Origin: Anolis carolinensis
Taxonomy: Eukaryota
Assembly: GCF_035594765.1 (NCBI RefSeq)
Contig: NC_085843.1
Location: 116,909,971 to 116,973,970, forward strand
DNA length: 64,000 nucleotides
Direction: 5' to 3'
Of this stretch, positions 11,391 through 23,852 are shown in pieces. The translations under genes and the position numbers were made by a program. Each line of letters starts with the position of its first letter. The stretch's first letter is position 1. The notes beneath the pieces were generated by a model. That model ran no database searches, was not told the DNA's origin, and worked only from the letters and a program-made list of their open reading frames with translations.

Positions 11391-12402
11391 GACAACAGTA
11401 TCGTTTGCACTCATTATTTGAGAGCGTTTGGCTCTTCCCTGACTCTCTGCGCTACAGCATAGCATGGCGCTTGTTCCAGTGAACGTTTTGGTTGCATTTG
11501 AACCGGATTATCAAGCTAGATAATCCAGGTTATTTTTTTGTTCTTGCTTGGTGCCTTTTCTTGAAGCAAAGACGTTTACTTTTGGTTGAAACACTGAAGT
11601 TAAGTGTTTCTGAGTTCAAAATATCATTTAATAAACATTTGTTAACTTTACTTATTGTGTGTGGCTCTTTAAGAGGGGTCTGTATCATGACACTATGTTT
11701 GAGCATAACAATGGGAAGCATCTACTAAAAATGTGTAGGATTGCCTGGTCCCATTTGGTAGTGACATATTCATTGATCATACCATCCAGGGTACCTGTTT
11801 TTTTCTGATGGCCTTCACATCCATGGACAGGAACTAGTCTCCCTCCACCTTAGAGCAGTACCTATATATACCCATAAAACCTCCTTCAGATTGATATAAT
11901 GTGTATGTATATTGATACTAATATATGTATAACTTGAGCAGGTGTGGCTGGCATGCACACTGTCATTTTAGAGATTGAGCCATTATGTACTTTATTGTAT
12001 TTGTATTCAATAGAAGAATAAGGCTTGAGAAATAATTTGATCCTATTCATCAGTAGGAGCATAGTGTCAAGACTGAAGGAAGTCATAGTCTCACTCTATT
12101 CTGCTTTGGTCAGATCTCACCTGGAATACTGTGTCAAATCCTGGGCACCAGAATTCAAGGAGGATATTCACAAGCTGGAAAGTGTCCAGAGATGGATGAT
12201 CAAAATGATCAAAGGTCTGGAAGCCAAGCCCTGTGAGGAATGGCTTAGGGAACTGAGTATGTTTAGCTTGAAGAGGAGAAGGCTGAGAGGGGACATGATA
12301 GCCATGTTAAAATATTTGAAAGGATGCAGGGCCGGTCCAACAATGGAGGCCGTTTAAGCGGCCGCTTCGGGCGCACGTCAAGGGGGGCGCTGTTGAGGCT
12401 CC

Positions 12403-13570
12403 CTCTCGCACTCCTCGGCCCACTCGCACATCTCTCGCACTCGGCCCACTCGCGGCCCTCTCGCACTCGGCTCAATCGCGCCCCTCTCGCACTCGGCCCA
12501 CTCACGCCTCTCTCACACTCGGCCCACTCACGCATCTCTCTCACTCGGCCCACTCGCGCCCCTCTCGCACTCGGCCCACTCACGCATCTCTCTCACTCGG
12601 CCCACTCACGCCCCTCTCGCACTCGGCCCACTCACGCATCTCTCTCACTCGGCCCACTCATGCATCTCTCTCACTCGGCCCACTCACGCCCCTCTCGCAC
12701 TCGGCCCACTCGCACCTCTCTCTCACTCGGCCCACTCGCGCCTCTCTCTCACTCGGCCCACTCACACCCCTCTCGCACTCGGCCCACTCACGCCTCTCTC
12801 TCACTCGTCCCACTCACGCCCCTCTCGCACTCAGCCCACTCACGCCTCTCTCGCACTCGGCCCACTCGCGCCTCTCTCTCACTCGGCCTACTCGCGCCTC
12901 TCTCTCACTCAGCCCACTCACTCCCCTCTCGCACTCGGCCCACTCACGCATCTCTCTCACTCGGCCCACTCATGCCCCTCTCGCACTCGGCCCACTCACG
13001 CCTCTCTCGCACTCGGCCCACTCACGCCCCTCTCGCACTCGGCCCACTCACGCATCTCTCTCACTCGGCCCACTCACGCCCCTCTCGCACTCGGCCCACT
13101 TGCGCCTCTCTCTCACTCGTCCCACTCATGCCCCTCTCGCACTCGGCCCACTCACGCCTCTCTCGCACTCGGCCAACTCGCGCCTCTCTCTCACTCGGCC
13201 TACTCGCGCCTCTCTCTCACTCGGCCCACTCACTCCCCTCTCGCACTCGTCCCACTTGCGCCTCTCTCTCACTCGTCCCACTCACGCCCCTCTTGCACTC
13301 GGCCCACTCACACCTCTCTCGCACTCGGCCCACTCACGCCCCTCTCGCACTCGGCCCACTCACGCCTCTCTCTCACTCGGCCTACTCGCGCCTCTCTCTC
13401 ACTCGGCCCACTCACTCCCCTCTCGCACTCGGCCCACTCACGCATCTCTCTCACTCGGCCCACTCACGCCCCTCTCGCACTCGGCCCACTCACGCCTCTC
13501 TCGCACTCGGCCCACTCACGCCCCTCTCGCATTCGGCCCACTCACGCATCTCTCTCACTCGGCCCTCTCG
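12403..13570. repeat. 26-bp C-rich minisatellite, about 44 copies
   Basis: Unit approximately ACTCGGCCCACTC(A/G)CGC(C/A)(C/T)CTCTC(G/T)C. Confidence 0.95.
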
Positions 13571-13950
13571 CCCTTGCAGCCCTCTTGCCCCTGAACAAGA
13601 CCTGAGGCCAGGCCTCTGGGCCTGCTGCTCCACCTGCACCCTTCCTGGATTCCTCCCGCAATGCCCGGCAGCCCTCCGTGGCTGGAAGGAGCTCTGGCAG
13701 GTCGAGCAGGCCTGTGCCCCTGCCATGCACCTCCTTGGGGACCCTCTCAGCCATGAAGACGGGGCAGGTAGGAACCCGTCCCTGTTCCCAGCATTTCGCC
13801 AGGCATGTCTCCAGGGCAGGCCTGGGCCAACTTGGCAACTGAGGGGGGAAAAGGGGCCTGAGGCTGGGTTGCTGCAGGTTTTTCAGCTGCCTGGCCATGT
13901 TCCAGATGCTGGAACATGTGGGCCTACTCCTAGGATTTATAGTTTCCTAA

Positions 13951-14378
13951 GGCCCCTTCTTCACAGCCATAGAAGACAGATTATCAAGGCAGATAATCCA
14001 CATTTTCTGCTTTGAACCAGATTATATGCATCCACACAGCCATATAATCCAGTTCAGAGCAGATAGTCTGGATTTTATATGGCAGGGTATGGGTTCTTCT
14101 ACATAACCATATAATTGAGATTATGAAGGCAGATAATCCAGGTCATATGCACTGAACCGGATTATATGCATCTACACAGCCATATAATCCAGTTCAGAGC
14201 AGATAGTCTGGATCTTATATGGCAGGGTATGGGTTCTTCTACATAACCATATAATTCAGATTATCAACGCAGATAATCCACATTATCTGCCTTGAACTGG
14301 GTTATCTGAGTCTACACTGCCATATAATCCAGTTCAAAGCAGATAACCTGCATTTTATATGGCAATACAGAAAGGGCC
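13951..14378. mobile_element. PIF/Harbinger-type MITE with an internal 120-bp tandem duplication
   Basis: GGCCCCTTCT...AGAAAGGGCC flanked by TAA; repeated GCAGATAATCC/GGATTAT motifs. Confidence 0.7.
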
Positions 14379-14722
14379 TAAGGGTATATTGTAGTGTATA
14401 TTGTAGTGGTGTACTTCAGAGGGATGCATATATCTCACCAAAGGGCAGCTGCACTTTGGAATTAATGCAGTTTGACTCCAATTTCATTGCCATGGCTCAA
14501 TGCTATGAAACCCTGGGAATTGTAGTTTTATAAGGTCTTTAAACCTTCTCTGCCAAATAGTTTAGATGCCTCACCGAACTATAACTCCCAGGATTCCATA
14601 GCATTGAGCCGTGGCAGTGAAAGTGGAGTCAAACTATGTTAATTCCACGGTGCCTCACTTCTTCCAATGGAGAAATAAAGATACAAGTGCCAGTTAAGTC
14701 CAGTGGATTTCTTTATTCATAC

Positions 14723-15121
14723 CAGGGGTCCCCAAACTTTTTAAACAGGGGCCAGTTCACGATCCTTCGGACCGTTGGAGGGCCAGACTATAGTTGGCCA
14801 CCGAGCAATAATAAATAAATATATAAATAAATAATAATAACAATAACAATAAAAAAGAGGGTTGGAAGACACCCTTTGGGCCATTGAGTCCAATCCCCTT
14901 CTGCTTTGTGCATCGAAAGCACAAGCAAAGCACCCCTGACAGATGACCACCCAGCGTCAATGTGAAGAAGAAGAAGAAGAAGAAGAAGAAGAAGAAGAAG
15001 AAGAAGAAGAAGAAGAAAGAGGTTTGGAAGAGACCCCTTGGGCCATTTAGTCCAACCCCCTTCTGCCTGTGTGCACCAAAAGCACAAGCAAAGCATCCCT
15101 GATAGATGGCCACCCAGCCTC

Positions 15122-15167
<46 letters not shown>

Positions 15168-15268
15168 GGATTGGAAGAGACCCCTTGGGCCATTTAGTTC
15201 AACCCCCTTCTGCCTGTGTGCACCAAAAGCACAAGCAAAGCATCCCTGATAGATGGCCACCCAGCCTC

Positions 15269-15320
<52 letters not shown>

Positions 15321-15421
15321 GGATTGGAAGAGACCCCTTGGGCCATTTAGTCCAACTACCTTCTGCCTCTGTGCACCAAAAGCACAAGCAAAGCATCCCT
15401 GATAGATGGCCACCCAGCCTC

Positions 15422-15470
<49 letters not shown>

Positions 15471-15597
15471 GTTGTAAGAGAAGAAGAGACCCCTTGGGTT
15501 ACTTAGCCCAACCCCCTTCTGCCCTTGTGCCGTGGGGCTGGATAAATGGCTTCGATGGGCCGCATCCGGCCCCCGGGCCTTAGTTTGGGGACCCCTG
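14723..15597. mobile_element. Nested hAT MITE carrying tandem CR1-tail/microsatellite units
   Basis: TIR CAGGGGTCCCCAAACT...AGTTTGGGGACCCCTG; TSD ATTCATAC at 14715-14722 and 15598-15605. Confidence 0.9.
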
Positions 15598-15686
15598 ATT
15601 CATACCATATGGAGAGGGGCAGATTTCTCGCCCTTTTCATGATATTGTTTAAACTTCCACTCTATGTCTAATTTTTGTTTTGTGTA

Positions 15687-16018
15687 AGGTAAAGGTAAAG
15701 GTTTCCCATGACGTTAAGTCCAGTCATGTCTGACTCTGGGGGTTGGTGCTCATCTCCATTTCTAAGCCAAAGAGCCAGTGTTGTCCGTAGACACCTCCAA
15801 GGTCATGTGGCCAGCATGACTGCATGGAGCACCGTTACCTTCCCGCCGGAAGTTGTACCTATTGATCTACTCACATTGGCATGTTTTCGAACTACTAGGT
15901 TGGCAAAAGCTGGAGCTAACAGCGGGCGCTCATTTCGCTCCCGGGATTTGAACCTGGGACCTTTCGGTCTGCAAGTTCAGCAGCTCAGTGCTTTAACACA
16001 CTTCGCTACCAGGGCTCC
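15687..16018 (-). mobile_element. Full-length Sauria SINE
   Basis: (AAAGGT)n tail on the plus strand, GGAGCCC head; 15-bp TSD TTTTTGTTTTGTGTA. Confidence 0.92.
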
Positions 16019-16152
16019 TTTTTGTTTTGTGTATTTTATGGAAATATGTTTCCATATGTATATTTTACGGAGTGTTTTTAAATTATTATGTGTTCTAGCA
16101 ATGTTGTCAACCGTCTTGAGCGGGTAAGAAATAAAATTATCATTATCATTAT

Positions 16153-16415
16153 TGAGTTGCTGTGCATTTTCTGGGCTGTCTGGCCATGCTCCAGAAGCAT
16201 TCTCTCCTGACATTTCACCCACATCTATGGCAGGCATCCTCAGAGGTTGTGAGGTTGAGGCAAGTGTGAATGTTGCAGTTGGCCACCTTGATTAGCATTG
16301 AATGTCCCTCACATATTCATAGCTGGCTGCTTCCTGCCTGAGGGAATCTTTGTTGGGTGGTGTTAGCTGGCCCTGATTGTTTCATGTCTGGAATTCCCCT
16401 GTTTTTGAGTGTTCT
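16153..16415 (-). mobile_element. Penelope-like element terminal-repeat fragment with a decayed hammerhead motif
   Basis: Minus strand CCTCTGAGGATGCCTGCCATAGATGTGGGTGAAATGTCAGG; homologous to 18583-18948 and 30857-31070. Confidence 0.7.
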
Positions 16416-18388
16416 TTTTTTACTTTCCTGATTTTATTTATTTATTTATTTATTTCCCATACTTGTGTCCCGCCCTTCTCACCCTGAAGAGGACTCAGGG
16501 TAGCCTCACAACTGCCAACAATTCGATATCCGATTGTTTTGGGGGGGCGCCAAAATTCTGTTCGCTTACACTTGAAAATTACCTTGGGCCGGCCCTGAAA
16601 GGATGTCACATTGAGGAGGGGGCAGCTAGTTTTCTGCTGCTCTGGAGACAAGGACACAGAGCAATGGATTCAAATAGCAGGAAAAGAGAGTCCACCTAAA
16701 TATTAGGAAGACCTTCTTTTTCCTGCTTCTTGGCAGGGGGTTGGACTGGATGGCCCATGAGGTCTCTTCCAGCTCTATGATTCTATGATTCTATAGTAAG
16801 AGCTGTTAGGCAGCTACCTCGGAGTGAAGTGGAATCTCCTTCTCTTGAGGTCTTTAAGCACAGGCTGGGCGGCCATCTGTTGAAAGTGCCTTGTTTATAT
16901 ATTCTTCTATTGCAGGAAGCTGGATTGGATGACCCTTATGATCGCTTCCAACTCTATGATTCTATGATCTGGACAAACGGCTGCGCTACTCACGCAGGGC
17001 AACTTCTACAGTATTCTGAACAGTGTGAGAGAAAGGAAAAACAGTACTCACATTTTCCATTCTATGTACAAAATCCAAAGGGATTTTGCAGGTGAATCTT
17101 TATTCAAAATCAAAGATGGAACAGCATCCCCCAGTTCATTTGAAGGCAGTGTACTAGGTTAAAATGGGGGGGGGGGGGGGAAGGAAGGTTGCAGGATTCA
17201 CAGCTCTCTGCTCTAATAGTCTACTGCTGCCTCCCATTGCCTGCTGGCTAAGGTGATTGTCTAATGTTAGGACTGGCTGTAGCTCTGGTCATTCACCAGG
17301 ATTCTTAAGCAGCTGCTGGCGTTCACCATTTAAAACAGTGTCCCAGGAGGCATTTCATCAGGAGCATTGTGAGAAATGTCAACGGCAGCCTGGCTGAGCC
17401 CCCCTGTGCTGCTGGGAGTGTTGCTACTGCTCATTAGAAGAGACAGGATGAAACCTGGAGTGGGCTGTGACACTTGTTGAACCCCCATATAGCGCATTTT
17501 AAGACATTTTCAAATGCTGTTGCTCAACTGAAAGGTGAAAGCGGAGGTGGCAAGAACTCACTTGCAGCAATTACACCATGACCCAGAGAAAGAAAGAGAG
17601 AGAGAGAAAGAATTTGACAAGGTACTGTTCTGATAATTATTAAACACTAGTTAAAGGTCATTGGTGTGCAATGAAGGGATTACAGGGAGCCATTAGAGCA
17701 AAATAAAAAGATATGGTCCCACTCTACTCTATTTTATCAAGGTTTAAGCCACTGTAATCCTCTGAGGTCTTCATTTGCAGTGCATGAAACCAGGTCATGT
17801 GAAAAAAAGGGGGGGGGGGAAAGAGGGAGATGAAAGGACTGAGCTCTTTACTAGGCTTGATCGATCCATGAAAAATTTGATTCTAAACTCGTTTCAATAC
17901 TAGAGGGGGCAGTTTTTTCGTTTTTGTTGCTAATAACGAATTTGGCCCCCAAAATTTTTCGAAATTAATGAAAATTCGTTATTTTCTAAATTAATTCGTT
18001 AATGGCGGACGCGCATGCGCGGTGGCCCAAAAACAGCCCGAAGGGGGGGGGGACTTAGGGGGCTCTCCCGCCCTCATTTTTTGAGTGATCTTCTTCAAAC
18101 TTGGTACAGTGGTAGAACACATTTAACACTGATAGCTCACCAAAATGTGGAACGTTTCCCTTATCCTCTGATTTTTGGCAAATTTTCATAGCTTTTATAA
18201 TAAACCTTTTTTTAATAATTGCAGTAATCTGTTCCTGGTTTGAAAGTCTTATTTCCTGTTAAATTGGGTTGTCTTTACTGTGAAAGTCATTGTTCTACTT
18301 CAGAAACTTTGTTTTTGTGGCTGAAACTTTGTTAAATTGGTGTGTGTGTGATATATATTGTGTATATATATATATATATAGTCCCTGC

Positions 18389-18424
<36 letters not shown>

Positions 18425-18426
<2 letters not shown>

Positions 18427-18582
18427 GTAAAGGTAAAGGTATCCCTTGACATTAAGTTCAGTCATGTCTGACTCTGGGGGTTGGTGCTCATCTCCATTTC
18501 TAAGCCCAAGAGCCAGTGTTGTCCATAGACACCTCCAAGGTCATGTGGCCGGCATGACTACATGGAGTGCCATTACCTTCCC
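18425..18582 (-). mobile_element. Sauria SINE 3' part next to (GT)n, inside the hAT
   Basis: AGGTAAAGGTAAAGGT tail and CATGTCTGACTCTGGGGGTTGG. Confidence 0.85.
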
Positions 18583-18948
18583 AGAAACACACAGAAAATG
18601 GGAATTCCAGACAGGAAACAATCAGGGCCAGCTAATACCTCCCAACAAAGGATTCCCCCAGGTAGGAAGCAGCCAGGCTTTGAAGCTGCAAGGCTATTCA
18701 ATGCTAATCAAGGTGACCAATTGCAACATTCACACTTGCCTCCCACAGACAAGAGTTCTTTCTCCCACCCTGGACCTTCCACAGATATATAAACCCCACT
18801 TGCCTAGCTTCGCACAGACGTCAAAACCTCTATGTCTGCCACAGATGTGGGTGAAATGTCAGGAGAGAATGCTTCTGGCACATGGCCATAGAGCCCGGAA
18901 TACATACCACAACAGTGTGATCCCGGCCATGAAAGCTTTCGACAACAC
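18583..18948 (+). mobile_element. Penelope-like fragment inside the hAT
   Basis: Reverse-complement match to 16153-16415; hammerhead CTGAGGA box disrupted by a deletion. Confidence 0.7.
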
Positions 18949-20510
18949 AACCACAGTATCCATTCAAGTTCATGTAGCGTAGTATGGACTGGAGACCTGT
19001 ATTGGGGGGAGGGAGGGTGCGAATCTGGGCCCCTGGGAGCAGCCGAGGACGGGCCTGGCCCACACCCCCTCGCATCCCGGGCCTCTTCCTTCCTCTTCCT
19101 TTTGTTATTTAAACTATATATTGTGAAATTATGGTGTGTTTTTTTTCATGCGTGTTCTGTGTTCAAGATAGGGAGACCAAAGAGGAAAAGCAAGGGAGGG
19201 ACGGAGGCCCCAACACTTCCGGCTCCCATGCGAACTCCCCCTTGTGTGCCTTGGAGGGTGGAGCATGCGCACTGGCTCTCCCTTTCTCTATGGCTCTTTT
19301 CAGGTCGCTTGGGAACCCGAAGTGCCTCCTCCCTTTGCCTTTGTGTCCAAGAAGGAGAGAAGGACGTTGCAAGGTTTGCATTGAGGGTGTTTCTCTGGTG
19401 GGTTTGGCTTGGAAGGGGGCTCATTAAGGCCCAATTAATTAATGCACTGAGCTGAGGCGAGGCGGCGGCGGCGGCCATTTCCCCCCTCCGTCTTCCTCCT
19501 CCTCCTCGGCCTCCTTCCCCCTCGCCCCCTCCCATTGGCTGAGCCTCCCATTGGCTGAGGGGCAAAAGGAAAGGAGTTTGGGTGATTTGCAAAAGCTTTT
19601 TTTTCTTTTCGAAAAAAACGAAGAAATAAGAAAAAACGGCCTCTCGCGATTCGAAACTGCGATATCCAGACGTGTGGACAACCAAGGTTCGATATTGCTT
19701 CAAAACAATCGAAAAAAACGAATCAATAACGGTAAACGGGGAAAACGAATTATTTGAGCAAGCCTACTCTTTACTGTCTGCTCATGGTGAACAAATCGAA
19801 GTATGGTGACCTTGTTACCTTATTGATCCATGTGATGCAGAAGGCCAAAACAAGTTTAAGAGGTTTAATGTGCTCAGAATAACATTTACTCAGCTGCCTA
19901 ACGAATCAATGGGAATGAGCCAATTCTCACCCAATTTAATTCTGAAAGGTAGTGGGGGGAATCATATACTTGCATTTAGCTAGTTTTGGTATAGCTGACA
20001 TAGCAGTTTTTCAAGTTGTATTTTTTTCTTTAAAACTTACCACTTTTCTAAAGCCTTCCACCTAACCATAACCCCAGGGTCCTCACATTCAGCCAAAGTA
20101 AAAACCTTTAAGTAAATGTTAAGTCCTATACAGTGAAGATTGGCTCAAGATTAAATTGCACAAGAGTAAGAGAGTTAATGGAGAAACAGTTTATCTGATT
20201 TTGTTAGTGTTACTCATGCTGTATCTTAAAAATTGATAGATTAAATGAATCAATCAACATCCCCACAAACTTTCTAGTTTCCCTTCCTTCCCATGTTACT
20301 CTCCTCTTCATATTGTTTTGTTTTCTTATCTCTCCCCTTACTGCAAAAGCAACCAAGCAACATGTATTTATTGAATTTATACCCTGTCTCTATCTGAAAG
20401 AAATGAACTGAAGCCCTGGGACTCAGTATGCATGTGAAAGGTGAGAGTGCAGTTATAATTTAGTACATTAAAAATTTAAAAAGAAGACCAGAGAATGCAG
20501 TTTCAGCATT

Positions 20511-20770
20511 TTTTCTCATGTCTGAAGTGACTTGAGAATATACTGCAGGTCGCTTCTGGTGTGAGAGAATTGGCCGTCTACAGAGACATTGCCCAGGGGA
20601 TGCCCAGATTGGTTTCTGGGAGGCTACTCTCATGTCCCCGCAAGCTAGAGCTGACAGATAGAAGCTCACCCCATCTCGCAGATTCGAACCGGCAACCTTT
20701 AGGTCAGCAACCCAACCTTCAGCTCAGCAGTTCACAAGGGTTTAACCCATCGTGCCACCACAGCTCCTTT
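20511..20770 (-). mobile_element. tRNA-derived A-tailed squamate SINE
   Basis: GCTTCTGGTGTGAGAGAATTGGCCGTC core; TSD GTTTCAGCATT; same family as 33062, 56313 and 58030. Confidence 0.8.
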
Positions 20771-23470
20771 GTTTCAGCATTGAGCAGCAGGATTTGGAGA
20801 CTTCTTGCATCCCTAAAAACAATTCCCAAACTCTGAAGGGAAAACTGTGGACATTTAATTAGACTGCAGTCTTAAAGCCAGTTCTTTGAACTTGATTTGA
20901 CTTCTTTCTGAGCAAAGCTGTGCTGTAAATATACTAAATCATAATAAAAGAAGTTCCTTTATCACAGGTTTAATTAGAAGGAGCTTAGATCTGCTATCAG
21001 AAAATGTTATCTGCCTGCCAGTGCAGGAAAAACGTATCACTACATAACTACCATCACAAATGAGTGTGGGGAAAGCTGCAGGCCACAATTCTTCTGTTTC
21101 CTCCTCAATGCAGGCGTGGCTGCATTTTCACCCATGTTTTACAGCTCTGGTTGCAGATCTGTACTGATTGCTGTACTGTGAGTCGTGCATTATTAATAGC
21201 TTAGATAGTTCAAATGAAACAGTGATTACATTTCTTTAATCACTGTAGTTTAATTAGTTTGGTGTGGGAGGAGAAGTAAAAGGAACCAAATTAGGGCACA
21301 CCACTGTTGAACAGAAAACACAGCACATGCAAACTTGGATTAAATCATCACACCAAAAACTGACTAGGATCTGACATCTAATTTTGGCTGCAGCAGGAAA
21401 AATATGTTAAGTTTGAAATATGAGGCATGATTGCACAGGAGCAAGATAACTCTTGAAATAAATAATTGATGAAGACCTCTGAAATGTCCAATAATCCCAG
21501 TTTGGATTATGGCTATGTCTTTTTTTTTAGTGCATCAAGAGTACATTATAGTATAAAATACATTATTCCAACAACCAGGAACCTAGGAAAGCACACAGAG
21601 ATAAAGTTTATGAATAATTTGCAATAAAATTAATACAAATATTACCTAGGGTAGATGTTCCAAAGAGAGCACCATTATATTATAGTAATAGTAGTACTGA
21701 TAGAGCATTTTAATATTTCACATTGTACACATCACATTTCACACCTTATCATTTCCCATATTAAAATTGGGAAACTTGGCTAAGCAACATCAGAGTATGG
21801 TCAAGATGACAAAAGGCATTAATGAGTAAGGGCACTTAAGCTAGAAGAGGCTGCAGCAGTTTGCTTTTGACTAAGTTTGTGAGGAATTGCAAGGCTCTCC
21901 TCTCCTTTCCTGCTGAGTTGAGTCCTCTTGTAATTTGAAATCAGTTGAAGTATGCTGAAGATAAAGAGGAATAGTAGAAGGTTGTGGCACTTATGGTTCA
22001 CATCTTGGAAGATTGTCATCAGACAGAAAGTTAGGATATAATTATTTTAAATTAATAATTAAGGATAGATGTGGTTCAGTCAGTACAAGTAAGAATTAAC
22101 ATAGCCGGAGATGCCTTCTGTTTTGGATTACAGTTTCTAGAATCCTGCAGCCAGCAAATCCCCCTGGTCACATGAGCTGAAGAATTGTATGAGTTGTATT
22201 AGAAAAAGTAACCTGTCTAAGTCAAATAAGTTGGATCTAAATGGAAAAATCGTTTCAACTCCACTGATTTCAAAAGATGTCTGTGTTTTCTGACTGTTTC
22301 TTTTCAATGAATTATCCTTATTTTCCCCCTGAAACTATCTGTGGTCAACCACAACAGATCTGACTTGTAGCAGATGAGGGAAAGCACTTCTGAAGGCGTT
22401 ATTCATATTAAACTTGTTTCCTTCTGGGATCTTTCTAATGTTCACGTCAATTTTGAAGACATGGTATATTTCCCCCCATCTGTAGAGCCAACACGTTCTG
22501 CTTGTTGCCTTCCTCAAGAGACCGAAAGCCAAGATGAACACAGCTTTTCGGAAAGATTTTCTTAAACACAGTGCAATTCACCTGGTGCAAGAAACAAGAC
22601 TACTGAATTACAAAATTGTTCTCTATGCTGTTGGCTGCTGTCACATCAAAGCAAAAGGACTGAAGAAAAAAATTAGAGTCTGAAGGAAATTGCATTTTGA
22701 AGTCTGGCAAAACTTCGTCAAAGTCTTATAAATTATGAACAGGTACGCACTGTATGAGCATGATGCTTCAAACTCTTATCTGGCATAGTACGTACCAGTA
22801 TTTATAATGAATTGAAATCATTCATTAAATTGTAAAGCAGATCAATCAATTCTAACTTTTACTCTGAATATAAACAGAAAGATCAAAACATTTTTTGGCC
22901 TTTATTATCTGAGCACAACAATGCAGTACTGTTAGTGATTTGTTTGCTTAGCAGGAGACAAATGCCCTCAGATAGCCAGAGCCCTTTGAGTATGTTGCCA
23001 TAAAGGGAATGGGTCTATATGGAAAGAAAGTGCTTGGGAGTCTTTCTGAGGGTTGAGAGCGTGTGTATGCGTGCATGCATTGTGATTGACTTCAAGAGCT
23101 TCTTCTCGTCTATTGGTTATTCTCAGGACTGGTTTCTATTGTATATTATTTTTAGAGTATCCTTCTAGGCCCTCCAAGCTTCTTACACTTGAAAGGCAAG
23201 TGGTTTCTCTTTCATGGATCTGTATGAAGGGAAAGTGTATGGACTGTTTCTGTGTGGGGGTGTGTGTGCATTATGACTCTCTTCAGTAACTTCTTTCCCA
23301 CTATTGATTATATTCTGAATTGATTTATATAATATATTCTAAAATATAGAATTATTCTGCCATTCCATTATATATCTTGAGTGAGTTGCGATTAAGGTTG
23401 TCTCTACAGCTCAAGAGAGGTGCCACTGTCCTCTGAGAGTTTCCCAGTCATAATTTTAAAAATGATGCCT

Positions 23471-23640
23471 AATGTTTCTTTCTGACTAGTTTCAAGTCAT
23501 GGTTGGTTGAAACTCTGAATGCAGAGCCCATGGATATGGAGGGTTGATTGTATATTTAAAAAGGGTTGCATTTATAGAGTGTAGACCAGGGGTCCTCAAA
23601 CTTTTTAAGTGGAGGGCCGGTTAGGGGGCTGGACTATGAT
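23471..23640 (+). repeat. 170-bp direct duplicate of 26365-26534
   Basis: By eye 169/170 identical. Confidence 0.92.
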
Positions 23641-23852
23641 TGGAAACAATAGACATTGACAAAATCACCATCTGCCAACTGCAAAAGGCCACCCTATTGG
23701 GATCTGCACACATCATCAGAAAATACATCACACAGTCCTAGACACTTGGGAAGTGTTCGACTTGTGGTTTTGCGAAACGAAATCCAGCATATCTATCTTG
23801 TTTGCTGTGCCATACAACGTCGTTGTGTTGATAATAATAATTGTTATTATTA
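23640..23852 (+). mobile_element. R4/Dong-clade LINE 3' end
   Basis: Translates LETIDIDKITICQLQKATLLGSAHIIRKYITQS*, resembling the C-terminus of restriction-like-endonuclease LINEs; short 3' UTR and (TAA)n tail. Confidence 0.7.

Larger units (their letters stand above)
10253..11692 (+). mobile_element. Solo LTR (1440 bp), probably Ty3/Gypsy
   Basis: 5-bp TSD CTATG at 10248-10252 and 11693-11697; TGTTGTAG...CATGACA; TATA-like GTTAAAAG at 10842; AATAAA at 11630-11635. Confidence 0.88.
12327..16597. mobile_element. 4.27-kb composite non-autonomous hAT element
   Basis: TIR CAGGGCCGG...CCGGCCCTG; 8-bp TSD AAAGGATG at 12319-12326 and 16598-16605; CR1 reading continues across the insertion. Confidence 0.88.
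12047..16968 (+). mobile_element. CR1 LINE 3' fragment, split by a composite hAT and containing a second CR1 tail
   Basis: [19 protein letters not shown]...[17 protein letters not shown] at about 12047-12326, resuming HIEEG at 16606; (TTCTATGA)n tails near 16774-16794 and 16953-16968. Confidence 0.9.
17852..19766. mobile_element. 1.9-kb composite non-autonomous hAT element
   Basis: TIR TAGGCTTG...CAAGCCTA; 8-bp TSD CTCTTTAC at 17844-17851 and 19767-19774; CpG-retaining AACGAA/TTCG subterminal repeats. Confidence 0.88.

Noticed and set aside
12403-13570. Possible CRISPR-like array
   Set aside because: Units are contiguous with no unique spacers, and the context is eukaryotic.
12324-14015. 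563-aa H/S/R/P-rich ORF and overlapping ORFs
   Set aside because: Translation of a stop-free 26-bp minisatellite; the unit is not a multiple of 3 and no domain is recognisable.
14757-15583. Poly-N, poly-L and poly-F ORFs
   Set aside because: Products of (AAT)n and (AAG)n microsatellites.
22335-22600. Minus-strand acceptor-like sites here and near 31705, 44706, 47931 and 59997
   Set aside because: The translations match no protein I recognise, and such sites are common by chance.
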